Assembly: GCA_965203805.1 (NCBI GenBank)
Contig: OZ241917.1
Coordinates: 4,960,001 to 5,024,000, forward strand
Length of the DNA stretch: 64,000 nt
Direction of reading: 5' to 3'
Origin: Candidatus Latescibacterota bacterium
GTDB taxonomy: Bacteria; Latescibacterota; UBA2968; GCA-2709665
Numbering within the stretch: position 1 is the stretch's first letter; every line of letters starts with the position of its first letter. Of the stretch, positions 27,926-37,345 are shown piece after piece. The notes under the pieces were generated by a model. It saw nothing but the letters and a program-made list of their open reading frames with translations. It had not been told where the DNA came from and did not search any database. Position numbers and translations under genes: made by a program.

Positions 27926-29265
27926 GGCCCCACCGGTGCGGTGATATCCAGCAACTGTGGGGCCGCTGTCGAGCATCCGACGAGATCGTGATCGAGCGCA
28001 TCGGTGATTTCCACGTCTGCGAACTCGCCGATCCGTGCTTCTCCGGAAATGAAGACTTCACCATCTATTTCCGGAGCGTCCATGCGCGTGCGGCCGACAT
28101 AGTCGTACGCAGGATCGTCAGAGGGCCGGTCGACAAGAACGCGGTGCGTGCGACCCACGCATTCGGCGGTGATCTGCGAGGAGATGACGGCCTGGAGGCT
28201 GAGGATGCGGTCCAGTCGTTCCCGTTTTTCGTCTTCCGGCACGTCGTCCTCGAGCCGCCCGGCCCGGGTGCCTTCCTCGTGCGAGTAGAGAAAGCCGACC
28301 AGCCGGTTGAAACGGATTTCCTCGACGAATTCCAGGAGTTCCAGGACGTGTTCCTCTCTCTCGCCGGGAAAACCGGCGATGACGGAGGATCGGAGGGTCA
28401 GGTCGGGCACCCGGTCTCGCAGTTTTCGAATCAACGCGCGGGTGTTCTTCACGGTCGCGCCGCGATTCATCGCCTTGAGCATGGCATCGGAGGCGTGCTG
28501 GATGGGCATGTCCACGTACGCGCACAGCTTTTCCTCTTGCGCCAGGATGTCGATCAGGTCGTCGCGCCAGCCGGTGGGGTACGTGTAGAGCAGGCGGATC
28601 CATTCGAGGCCGTCGACGCGGACGAGTTCGCGCAAGAGGTCCATCAGGCGCGGGCTGCCATAGAGGTCCGCGCCGTATCGCATGGTATCCTGTGCGATCA
28701 GGGCGATTTCCTTCACGCCGCCCGCGGCCATACGCCATGCCTCGGCCACCAGAACCTCGATGGATTCGCTGCGGTTCACGCCACGTATGCCGGGGATGGC
28801 GCAGAAGGCGCAGGTCCGGTCGCAGCCGTCCGAGATGCGCAGGTAAGCCCAGTGACGGGGCGTGAGAAGATGCCTGGCGCCCTCATCGCGGTAGACCCTG
28901 GGACGCGAGATGCCCAACAGCCGGTCGCAATGGGAGACGATCTCGCGTTCGCCGGCCAGACCGACGACCATGTCGGCCTCGGGGATTTCCGCTTCGAGTT
29001 CGTGCCGGTAGCGTTCGGCCAGACACCCTGTGAGTATCAGACCCTTGCAATTGCCGGTTTCCTTGTAGTCGGCGGCTTCGAGGGCCGTAGCGATGGATTC
29101 GTCTTTGGCCGGCTCGATGAAGCCGCACGTGTTCACAACGATGATGTCCGCCTCATCGGGTTCGTCGGCCACCACGTAGTCGTTGGATTCCAGCAGCCGG
29201 TGCATTCGTTCCGAGTCGACGGTATTCTTCGGGCATCCAAGCGTAATGAGATTTACAGACGGCAT
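27922..29265 (-). CDS. rimO: ribosomal protein S12 methylthiotransferase
   Basis: LGCPKNTVDSE, VNTCGFIEPAKDES, CDRTCAFCAIP, DAPEIDG (TRAM). Confidence 0.96.
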   Translation of the reverse strand: MPSVNLITLGCPKNTVDSERMHRLLESNDYVVADEPDEADIIVVNTCGFIEPAKDESIATALEAADYKETGNCKGLILTGCLAERYRHELEAEIPEADMVVGLAGEREIVSHCDRLLGISRPRVYRDEGARHLLTPRHWAYLRISDGCDRTCAFCAIPGIRGVNRSESIEVLVAEAWRMAAGGVKEIALIAQDTMRYGADLYGSPRLMDLLRELVRVDGLEWIRLLYTYPTGWRDDLIDILAQEEKLCAYVDMPIQHASDAMLKAMNRGATVKNTRALIRKLRDRVPDLTLRSSVIAGFPGEREEHVLELLEFVEEIRFNRLVGFLYSHEEGTRAGRLEDDVPEDEKRERLDRILSLQAVISSQITAECVGRTHRVLVDRPSDDPAYDYVGRTRMDAPEIDGEVFISGEARIGEFADVEITDALDHDLVGCSTAAPQLLDITAPVGP

Positions 29266-29401
29266 TTGGACGACTCCGGCACAGCGGGTGACAAACGGAT
29301 TCCATCGCTTCCGTCCGAGTTGGCCACGAAGCTTAAGGAAAAAATCGTCGATGCGCCGAATTTTGTCAAGCGGAAGATGGGTTCATAACCGCGAAACACG
29401 T

Positions 29402-30628
29402 ATGAGAATTCAGATCCTCCGATGGGTCGTTGCTCCCTGGTTTTTCCTGTTTGCGGAAGGAAAGCCCCTCCACGCTCACGGGACGGAAATCGGCTTCGAG
29501 TTGACACGAGTCGACAGCGGAAAGGCGTCGGTCAGTCCGTTTTGGGGTTACAACGCGCCCAAGCTGGTTTTCGATGGCGACCATTTTTACACGCTGGGCC
29601 GGTGGGGTCCGCGACAGGATGCCGCCAGAGGCGTTGTCTACCGCAGCAGTGCAGACGGATGGGAGGTCTTCTTCGAATGGGAGGGTCTCCACCATCAACC
29701 GGGTATGGTCCTGCTGGACGCCCAGCGGCGCCTCGTGCTCGTCCACGCGCGCCGCGACGCCGGACCCCGGATACTGCGTCAGCACCGGCGCGGCGACCCG
29801 CACGGATTCGCGGAGATCGCTCTACCGGAGGGACTGGACCGCGCCGGATACATCGGGTCGGCCATGGACGGCGACAGACTGGTCCTCGGATACATTGGCA
29901 GGCCGGGAGCATACTCCTTCCAGACAGCGTGGGTCGACCTGGATACCGGTCTGTGGTCCGGTCCGTTCGTCCTCGCGCCGGCGCAGCGGTCGTCGGAGCC
30001 GTGGACCACGTGGCTGTACCCGCTGATCGTGCCGGACGGCGACGGTTTCCATCTCGTCGTGAGCAACAACGCGTATCGCAGCCCGTATTACAACCGGATC
30101 AACTATCTCTACGTTCCGTATGGAGACCCCGCTTCAGCCGTCGCGGAGGTCGTTGCCGAGGTGTATCCCTGGAAGCAGAATCTGGCCTTTGCCCAGGCGA
30201 CCTGGCTGGCGGCCGATGGGGCGTTGTTTGTCACGGCTGTGCGCCGCCCCGAGGGCGGGAAGAACCAATTGCACGTTTACCGGCGGGACCGGGTCACGCG
30301 GCGGTGGGAGACGGAAACCATGGGGCGTGCGGGCGTTGCCGCGGTCTTCGAGAATCCCGGCGAGTCCGGTCGGTTGTGGATGTCGGGTGCGTCGGGGCAG
30401 GCGCTTCGGCTGTACCGCGGCGAGGATCGTGGTCGAAAATGGTCCACGGTCGCACTGCGCAGTTTCGAGGAATTCGGATTGAAGAATGCCTTCTTCCTGT
30501 ACGGCATTACACCGGCCAGCGGGAGCCTGATACCCGGCCAACCGTGCGCGGTGTTCAGCAGCGGGACCCTTCCCAACACCGAACTGTGGTTCGTTCGGTT
30601 CGAAACCCCGGGTCTGCGGACGAGGTGA
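29402..30628 (+). CDS. hypothetical exported beta-propeller (sialidase/BNR-like) protein
   Basis: Signal-like N-terminus, beta-rich, Asp-box-like GEDRGRKW. Confidence 0.55.
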   Translation: MRIQILRWVVAPWFFLFAEGKPLHAHGTEIGFELTRVDSGKASVSPFWGYNAPKLVFDGDHFYTLGRWGPRQDAARGVVYRSSADGWEVFFEWEGLHHQPGMVLLDAQRRLVLVHARRDAGPRILRQHRRGDPHGFAEIALPEGLDRAGYIGSAMDGDRLVLGYIGRPGAYSFQTAWVDLDTGLWSGPFVLAPAQRSSEPWTTWLYPLIVPDGDGFHLVVSNNAYRSPYYNRINYLYVPYGDPASAVAEVVAEVYPWKQNLAFAQATWLAADGALFVTAVRRPEGGKNQLHVYRRDRVTRRWETETMGRAGVAAVFENPGESGRLWMSGASGQALRLYRGEDRGRKWSTVALRSFEEFGLKNAFFLYGITPASGSLIPGQPCAVFSSGTLPNTELWFVRFETPGLRTR

Positions 30629-30732
30629 CCGGCCGCCCTGACGCGCGTACCGACGAGCCGGCGGGGTCCGCGATCGGGTGAAGAGAGGGACTCCGTGCCG
30701 GCGGAGGAGAGGGTCCGTTTTCGGGTTCTTTC

Positions 30733-30760
30733 TTGACAATCGGCGTATCCCGGGTATATT
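30733..30760 (+). promoter_or_regulatory. sigma70 promoter of rpmB
   Basis: TTGACA-N16-TATATT. Confidence 0.6.
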
Positions 30761-30894
30761 TAGTCCGTGCGTATTCGCACGCCACAATCGCGTCGCGCTC
30801 GGTCCGGACGGCGTTCCCGCCCGCGAGAGCGAAGCGGTCTCGCCTTCAAGCCGGCTTCGAAAGTAGAATACGGGATTTCCAGGAGGCATCGATC

Positions 30895-31086
30895 ATGGCA
30901 GCAAGATGTTTCGTATGCGGAAAAGGGCCGATGGTCGGCAATCACGTCAGCCACGCCAACAACAAGAAGAAGCGGCGATTCAATCCGAACCTGAGACGGG
31001 TGCGCGCGCAGGTGGACGGCACAACAAGAAGAATCAAGGTCTGTACGAAGTGCATAAAGCTCGGCCGCGTGAACAAAGCCGCATAG
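30895..31086 (+). CDS. rpmB: 50S ribosomal protein L28 (zinc-ribbon type)
   Basis: [25 protein letters not shown]...VCTKC; RBS aggagg. Confidence 0.98.
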   Translation: MAARCFVCGKGPMVGNHVSHANNKKKRRFNPNLRRVRAQVDGTTRRIKVCTKCIKLGRVNKAA

Positions 31087-31170
31087 GGCTTCAGCAACAT
31101 CGTCAGATGTCCATTGTCGGATCCCCGCGGGCGGTTTCGGGGAGATGCTCTCAGAGGCTTCCGCCCCGGA

Positions 31171-31204
31171 AAAACTCACCTTTTGTTTCCAGGTGGGTTT
31201 TTTT
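31171..31204 (+). terminator. intrinsic terminator after rpmB
   Basis: aaaactcacct...aggtgggtttt followed by T-run. Confidence 0.6.
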
Positions 31205-31309
31205 ATGTTATCGAACCGCCGCGGGATGGGGAAGGGGGGACGGCGCAGCATGACCCTGTGGGCTGATGCGGAATTCGTACCCGAAGTTCTGGACGGGAAC
31301 GTGGTCTGA

Positions 31310-33442
31310 ATGGACTACTCTCGCTGTAAACGCTACCTGAATACGCTGCAGGACTGGGAGAGGGACGGGATGGCGGCGGGCAGGCCGGAGGACTACCTGC
31401 CGCGGATGCGGGCCCTCTTGCGGCGGACGGGGAATCCACAGAAGGACTTCTCTTCGGTCATTGTCGGCGGGACGAACGGCAAGGGGACGGTGGCCAGCGT
31501 CTTGGCCGCGCTGATGCAGGCATGCGGCCGGCGGACCGGTATGTACACGTCGCCCCATCTTCACACCATCCGCGAACGCATCCGGATCGGCGGCGAAATC
31601 CTGGATAAGGATGACTGGGCGAAAAGGATCGCCGATCTTTACGACCGGACGCGTGGATTCGAAGCAGAGAGGTACGGTTCGTTCACCAAGTTCGAGGCGT
31701 TGACGGCGCTGGCGGCATCCATGTTTGCACGCGCTCGGGTCGAATTCGGCGTGTTTGAGGTGGGGATGGGCGGCCGGTACGACGCGACCAATGCGTGGGA
31801 TGCCGGCGTGGCCGTACTCACGTCGATCGATCTGGACCACACCGAAGTGCTCGGCGATACGGTGGAGGAGATCGCGCTCGACAAGCTCGAAATCTCCCGT
31901 TCCGGCAGGCCGCTCTTCACCTCGGCCGCACAGAAGCCTGAAGTGCTCGCGTTGTTGCGCAGCGAATGTCGTAGACGGGGCGTGGAACTGCGTGTCATCG
32001 GCGGTGGCGCGGGCGGAGATCGGGCGGAGCGGGAGCGGGAATGCGCGCACGCGGAGATGCCGGACCGGGGGTCCGTATTCAGGAACAACGCCCGGCTGGC
32101 GCTTGCCGTCGGGCGCTATCTGTTGGGGGATGAACTCACGGAAACCCGCATCGGGGAAGCCCTGAGCGGACTCGAGTTGCCGGGCAGATTCGAGGTCGTG
32201 CAGCAGTCGCCCCGGGTCGTGCTGGACGGCGCGCACAACCCGGCGGGAGCCGCGGCCCTTGCCGGCGACCTGGTCAGAATGTCGAAGCGGTGGACGTTTG
32301 TGGTTGGCGTGAACGCGGGCCACGACGCCGGGGGGATACTCGAGGCAATTCAACCGCTGGCGAAAACAGTGATTCTGACGCGGTCCGATCACCCGAAGGC
32401 CCTGCCCGTCGACGTGTTGCGGCGAAGCCTGCCCGCGGGCGTTTCCGCCTGCTGCGCGCCGGACGTGGCGGAAGCGCTCGGGCGCGCGGGGTTGCGGGAC
32501 GGGGATCCCGTCTGTATCATGGGATCGTTGCATCTGGTTGGAAAGGCGCGGGAAACGCTCGGGATTCCATGCGAGCGGGACGGCTTCGGGGAGGATCTTC
32601 ACCGGGAGAGCCTGACGTGCATCGCGAAGGCCTGCGGCAACCTGGGCCTCCGGGTCGAACGCGCTTCCGAAGACGGAAATCTGGTCTGCATCCGGCCGCC
32701 CGGAGGCGGGCCGGTCTATTTTCTCCGCAACAGGCACCCGTTCAATGACTACGTGGCGGCCCGTCTGGCGGAAGACAAGGCGTACCAATACGAACTGTTC
32801 ACGCGAGCCGGCCTTCCGGTTCCAGATACGATGGTGGCATTCAATCCGTTTGCGGACGAACGGTTTTCGCGTTACCGGACCCATGCGTCCGTTGACGGTA
32901 TCGTCGGGGACGTCGAACGCCGATTCACCTATCCGGTGGTCGTCAAGCGGAACCGGGGGTCGCTGGCGCAGGGCGTGTTTCTGGAGCGAGACCGGCGCGG
33001 GCTGAAGAACCGTCTGCAGACATTGTTCGAAAACAGCGGATTTCTGGACAATCTGGTCCTGGTCCAGGCCTACATCGCCGGTCCCGAATATCGGATCGTC
33101 GCCGCCAGGGATGAGGTGTTGCTGGTTTACGAGAAAGCCGGCGGATCGCCGGGCCGCGACCTGAACCCGCTGCACGGGGCAACGGGGTCTGCGAAGCGGG
33201 TGGATGCGCCGGAACTGGTCGACGGGCTGTCGAAACTGACGACGGCCGTGTCGGGCGTGATCGATCTGGGGTTCTACGCAATCGACGTCATTCAGTCGCC
33301 GGCAGAATTCCAGGTGATCGAAATCAACCCGAACCCGATGTGTTATTTTTACAATCTGCACAACGGTCGATCGGATTTCGTGGGCATCTACGAAAAGCTC
33401 CTTGGCAGTCATCTACCGGGATTGAAACCGCCGGCCGCGTAG
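31310..33442 (+). CDS. folC: FolC-type folylpolyglutamate/dihydrofolate synthase fused to C-terminal RimK-like ATP-grasp domain
   Basis: GTNGKGT, YTSPHL..RERI, EVGMGGRYDATN, LDHTEVLG, PGRFE, LDGAHNP, GSLHLVG; then EDKAYQY..GLPVPDT, YPVVVK, LVQAYIAG, AIDV..IEINPNP. Confidence 0.88.
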   Translation: MDYSRCKRYLNTLQDWERDGMAAGRPEDYLPRMRALLRRTGNPQKDFSSVIVGGTNGKGTVASVLAALMQACGRRTGMYTSPHLHTIRERIRIGGEILDKDDWAKRIADLYDRTRGFEAERYGSFTKFEALTALAASMFARARVEFGVFEVGMGGRYDATNAWDAGVAVLTSIDLDHTEVLGDTVEEIALDKLEISRSGRPLFTSAAQKPEVLALLRSECRRRGVELRVIGGGAGGDRAERERECAHAEMPDRGSVFRNNARLALAVGRYLLGDELTETRIGEALSGLELPGRFEVVQQSPRVVLDGAHNPAGAAALAGDLVRMSKRWTFVVGVNAGHDAGGILEAIQPLAKTVILTRSDHPKALPVDVLRRSLPAGVSACCAPDVAEALGRAGLRDGDPVCIMGSLHLVGKARETLGIPCERDGFGEDLHRESLTCIAKACGNLGLRVERASEDGNLVCIRPPGGGPVYFLRNRHPFNDYVAARLAEDKAYQYELFTRAGLPVPDTMVAFNPFADERFSRYRTHASVDGIVGDVERRFTYPVVVKRNRGSLAQGVFLERDRRGLKNRLQTLFENSGFLDNLVLVQAYIAGPEYRIVAARDEVLLVYEKAGGSPGRDLNPLHGATGSAKRVDAPELVDGLSKLTTAVSGVIDLGFYAIDVIQSPAEFQVIEINPNPMCYFYNLHNGRSDFVGIYEKLLGSHLPGLKPPAA

Positions 33443-33503
33443 GACATGCGAATCGGCGGGATTCAGGAACAGGCTCGGACTGAATACGCAGAAGGGAAAC
33501 GCC

Positions 33504-34241
33504 ATGCCGCTTACTGCCGCCCAGCTCGAACAGTACCGCGCCGACGGCTTTGCCCTGGGGGGGCGGATTCTCGATGACGACGAACTTGCAAGGCTGCGGA
33601 CCGTACTGGATTCCATAATCGACAATCTGCCCCGTGACCGGCGTCCCGAGAACATGCCATCGCTACACTACGAAAACGGGTACCTTCGGGATCTGTTCCT
33701 GGACGACCGTCTTATCGACGTGGCAGCGCAGATCGTGGGCCCGGACGTCGCGCTATTCACCTCCTACGTGATCAGCAAGCGTCCGGACGACGGCCTGGCG
33801 GTAGACTGGCATCAGGATGCCGCGTTCTTTCCCGTCGAGCCGATGGACACGTTCACGCTCTGGTTGGCGGTGGACGACTCCGACGTGGAGAACGGATGTA
33901 TGCGGGTGCTTCCCGGCACCCACCGGCAGCAGGCCGTGCTGCTGCACAAGGTGGACCTCGACTCCGGCACGACCCTGCCGATGTCACTGGAAAATCTCGA
34001 CCTCGCGGGGGCCGCGGACGTGCAGTTGCGCGCGGGTGAGTATTCCGTTCACGATCCCTGGATCCTGCATGGGTCCAATCCCAACAGGTCGTCCAGGCGG
34101 CGCTGCGGGATCACCTTGAAATACATCTCCACGCGCGCCGAAATCGACCGCACGTTCGTTTCTCCCTCCGGCTTCGACTGGGACGGGCTCCGTCTCTACC
34201 TGGCGCGGGGGAATCCGGGCCGCCACAGCTACGCCAACTGA
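33504..34241 (+). CDS. PhyH family Fe(II)/2-oxoglutarate dioxygenase
   Basis: WHQD, ENGCMRVLPGTH, LHGSNPNRS..RR. Confidence 0.92.
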   Translation: MPLTAAQLEQYRADGFALGGRILDDDELARLRTVLDSIIDNLPRDRRPENMPSLHYENGYLRDLFLDDRLIDVAAQIVGPDVALFTSYVISKRPDDGLAVDWHQDAAFFPVEPMDTFTLWLAVDDSDVENGCMRVLPGTHRQQAVLLHKVDLDSGTTLPMSLENLDLAGAADVQLRAGEYSVHDPWILHGSNPNRSSRRRCGITLKYISTRAEIDRTFVSPSGFDWDGLRLYLARGNPGRHSYAN

Positions 34242-34284
34242 TCTCCAGTGTCCGTGCGGAAACCCGGATCGAATTGAACCGGAT

Positions 34285-35919
34285 ATGACGAAAAGCGTTC
34301 ATCGCTTCATCCTTCTGGCCGATCTCCATCTTTCGGACCATCCGGATACGGCAGCCCACCATGCGCTGCAGTGGGCCGTCGACCGGGTGAATCTGGAGAG
34401 GCCGGATTTTCTGGCCGTGGCCGGGGACGTCACGACCTTTGCAACGGCCGTTTCGGCCAGACGTTGCGTGGAGGCGCTGGACCGGGTGGAGGTTCCGGTA
34501 CTCTTCACCCCGGGAAACGCGGACCGGCGGGGTTGGCATGCGATGTCCGTGTTCGAAACCCTGGCGGCGCCCGGACGGCGGGCGGCCGTGTTCGGCGACC
34601 TGCTGGTTCTTCTGCCCGACACGTCGACAGGAACCCTTCCGGGCGACGAACGCTCGTGGCTGAACAGGAACCTCCGTTCCAACCATGCGGCCCGGCGGCT
34701 GGTCGTTACCCACTATCCGCTGGACAGGATGGACGCAGAGGGTCGGCGGTGGCTCTCAAGCTGGCTCACGGAAAACGGCGTCGAACTTCTGGTCGCTGGA
34801 CACAGTCACGTTCACCGGACCCGCAGTAGAAACGGCTTCGCGGAGGCCGTCGTCCGCGGACTGGATCCCGATAAAGCGATTGGAGATCTTCCTGGAATCA
34901 GTCGCTTCGAGAGTGCGAAAGAGGGGGAATGGACGGAGGTATTCATCCCCTGGTCGCCGGCGATCCGGTTGCTGCCCTCGGACCTCGCTGACGGCATTCT
35001 TCCCGTAGGCTGGTCGATACAGGGCGACCCGGTGAACGCCGCGCGAGAGACCCTGGAGTTCGGCCTGTCCTGTCTGGAAATCCGGCCGTCGGCTACTGAT
35101 TTTTCACAACGTGCGCTTTCGGGCGCGCTCCGCGCGCTTCGCGACCGAGGTCCCCAGCATCTCTCCTATCATTTGCCCGACCTGAAGTGGAACTCCAACA
35201 ACGGTCGCATAGACGGAATTGAAACGGTACGGACGCATGTGGAATGCGCAATGCAAGCGGGCGTGGACAACCTGACGGTCCACGTTCCCCGGGCGAGCGC
35301 ACGCGCGATGGAGCGCGTTCGGGAGGGCCTGCCCGAGCCGACAGCGTGTTTCCAGTCTTTTGTCGAGACTTTCGCGTATCTCTTCAGGGAGGCGGCTCGC
35401 TCAGGGGTGGGGATCTCAATCGAGAATATCCACAATCCGGACAATACGCCGGCAGACTCGCCGGAGCGGGAATTCGCTACGCGGATCGACGAATACCTGC
35501 GATGGATCGATGCCGTGGCGCGCGAGATGGAGGATGTTCCCGGAGCGAGGGTCGGCGCACTGCTGGACGTGGGCCACGCGAGGAACAACGGGGGCGATCT
35601 GGATAACCTGCAGCCCCTGGGCGACTGGTACGCCTGCCTGGGGCGGCGAATTCTGGGGTATCACATCCACCAGGTGGATACGGATCCGGTAACGGGCGGG
35701 CTTACGAACCATCACGAGATTTCCGATCTGTTCGGCAGTCGGATTTCCTTCGCGGGGTTCCTCTGGGCGTGGTCCACGCACCAGATCACACGGGGCCCTC
35801 TGTTCGTGGAGGTCCGCGATGACGAGGGTCGACGGAATACGGTCCGGCGGTTCAAACGGCTATTCGAGGACGCACACAGGATTCGAGAAGCGGCGGACCT
35901 GACCCGGCGGGGCAATTGA
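34285..35919 (+). CDS. metallophosphoesterase fused to xylose isomerase/AP-endonuclease-like TIM barrel
   Basis: LADLH, AGDV, PGNAD, THYP, GHSH; then YHLP, TVHVP, SIEN, LDVGHA, YHIHQ, FVEV. Confidence 0.75.
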   Translation: MTKSVHRFILLADLHLSDHPDTAAHHALQWAVDRVNLERPDFLAVAGDVTTFATAVSARRCVEALDRVEVPVLFTPGNADRRGWHAMSVFETLAAPGRRAAVFGDLLVLLPDTSTGTLPGDERSWLNRNLRSNHAARRLVVTHYPLDRMDAEGRRWLSSWLTENGVELLVAGHSHVHRTRSRNGFAEAVVRGLDPDKAIGDLPGISRFESAKEGEWTEVFIPWSPAIRLLPSDLADGILPVGWSIQGDPVNAARETLEFGLSCLEIRPSATDFSQRALSGALRALRDRGPQHLSYHLPDLKWNSNNGRIDGIETVRTHVECAMQAGVDNLTVHVPRASARAMERVREGLPEPTACFQSFVETFAYLFREAARSGVGISIENIHNPDNTPADSPEREFATRIDEYLRWIDAVAREMEDVPGARVGALLDVGHARNNGGDLDNLQPLGDWYACLGRRILGYHIHQVDTDPVTGGLTNHHEISDLFGSRISFAGFLWAWSTHQITRGPLFVEVRDDEGRRNTVRRFKRLFEDAHRIREAADLTRRGN

Positions 35920-35946
35920 GTCGAATGATCCGCGTGCCGTCAGTCA

Positions 35947-37032
35947 ATGGAGAATACGATGATACCGGAATTTGAGGTCGGGGGAACGCCGTTCCGGCGG
36001 GGGGAGCAGATCGGGCGCCGGTTCAGGGCGGAGATTCAGGAAACACTCGCCCGCCTTTCAGGTAACAGCGGAGTGCGAAACCGGCAGGTTGCCCTGGTGG
36101 AGGCAATGCGCGGGCATTTGGAGGCGGAATTCCCCGAGATCGTCGAGGAGATTCGCGGCATCGCGCGGGGTGCGGACATTACGGACGACGACGCGTTTTT
36201 CAAGAGCACCTACAACGCCGTCGGACCGGCGCTGGCGGACAACCTCGGGTGCAGCAGCGTGGCCTTCGACGCCAGCGACGCGGGGCCCATCCTCGGCAAG
36301 ACGGATGACGGGAGCTTTCGCCCGGATTCGGATCGCCTGGGAGGATTGACAATATTGACGATACGTCCGGAGGAGGGGTACGACGTATTGTCCGTGAACC
36401 AGATCGGGACGGTGTGGACCGAGTGCGGGGTGAACGCCAAAGGGCTTTGCATGGGTACGAATTCGGGTCATCCCACGATGAACGGGCAGGACGGGTCCGG
36501 CGTACCCCAGCACATCGCGCCCCGCCTTGTGTTGCAGCGATGTGCGAACGTAAACGAGGCCGTCGATCTGCTCAGACAGATGACGCTCACGGGCAAGGGC
36601 ATCAATATTGTACTGGCCGACGCAGAGGGCAATGCCGCCGCTACGGAGAATGCGTGCGCGATGAACGGCGTACGTGAGCCGGAGCGCGGGGTCGTCTTCT
36701 CAACGAATCACTATTTCAGCGAAGAGATGCAGACCGTATCGGGACAATGGGATCCCGGGTTCATCAGCACGCGGTATTTCCAGAACTCGGTGAACCGGAT
36801 CGCGCACCTGTACGGCCGTTTCGGAAGCGGCGCAAGAACCCTTACGCTTCAGGAAATGCGGGACGTCCTGATGGATGAACACAATCCGGGCGGTATCTGC
36901 CAGCGGCCGCAGAATAACGAAAACAACATGACGACGAATTTCGGCGTGATTCTGGTGAGCCGCGACCGCGAGATGTGGCTCAACGAGGGACCCCCTTCTC
37001 TCGACCGGTTCCGGCGATACGCACTCGATTGA
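35947..37032 (+). CDS. C45 family Ntn-hydrolase (AAT-like acyltransferase/peptidase)
   Basis: G-C cleavage site LGCSSVA, GVNAKGL, STNHY; N-terminal GTPFRRGEQIG. Confidence 0.85.
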   Translation: MENTMIPEFEVGGTPFRRGEQIGRRFRAEIQETLARLSGNSGVRNRQVALVEAMRGHLEAEFPEIVEEIRGIARGADITDDDAFFKSTYNAVGPALADNLGCSSVAFDASDAGPILGKTDDGSFRPDSDRLGGLTILTIRPEEGYDVLSVNQIGTVWTECGVNAKGLCMGTNSGHPTMNGQDGSGVPQHIAPRLVLQRCANVNEAVDLLRQMTLTGKGINIVLADAEGNAAATENACAMNGVREPERGVVFSTNHYFSEEMQTVSGQWDPGFISTRYFQNSVNRIAHLYGRFGSGARTLTLQEMRDVLMDEHNPGGICQRPQNNENNMTTNFGVILVSRDREMWLNEGPPSLDRFRRYALD

Positions 37033-37171
37033 TCGGGCGTCCGGATTCGGTTTCGCCGGGGGATGGTTCCCGGGCCATATCATCTTTCTCGACGAGGTTG
37101 AACGCAGGTTCCGTCCATTGGACGTGATCCCGTGCGATAATCCGAGCAAATCAACAGATAGGCAGCACTGA

Positions 37172-37309
37172 ATGTCAGGACGCTCATCCGCCCCGCTGGC
37201 CGTAGTCACCGGCGCCGCCAGCGGCATCGGAGAGGTCGCGGCAATCGAATTCTACATTCTCGATCCGGACGCGATTCCGATCGAGATCCGGCAGCCTGTG
37301 GAGATTTGA
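37172..37309 (+). pseudogene. 45-codon chimeric relic: SDR N-terminus joined to VOC/glyoxalase-like C-terminus
   Basis: LAVVTGAASGIGEVAAIEF followed by YILDPDAIPIEIRQ*. Confidence 0.6.
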
Positions 37310-37345
37310 CAGACCGCCGGAACATCCGGCAACAGGAGGCGAAAG

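Noticed and set aside
30767-30894. Long rpmB 5' leader as a regulatory RNA
   Set aside because: Only generic GC-rich hairpins; no recognisable motif without comparative data
31208-33412. Long antisense or alternate-frame ORFs (also 8565-9632, 27988-29388, 54640-56190, 57116-59032)
   Set aside because: Shadow ORFs expected in high-GC DNA over well-supported genes; no recognisable domains
31310-33442. Cyanophycin synthetase call
   Set aside because: Domain order is reversed, FolC-specific motifs (YTSPHL, DGAHNP) are present and no cyanophycinase is nearby
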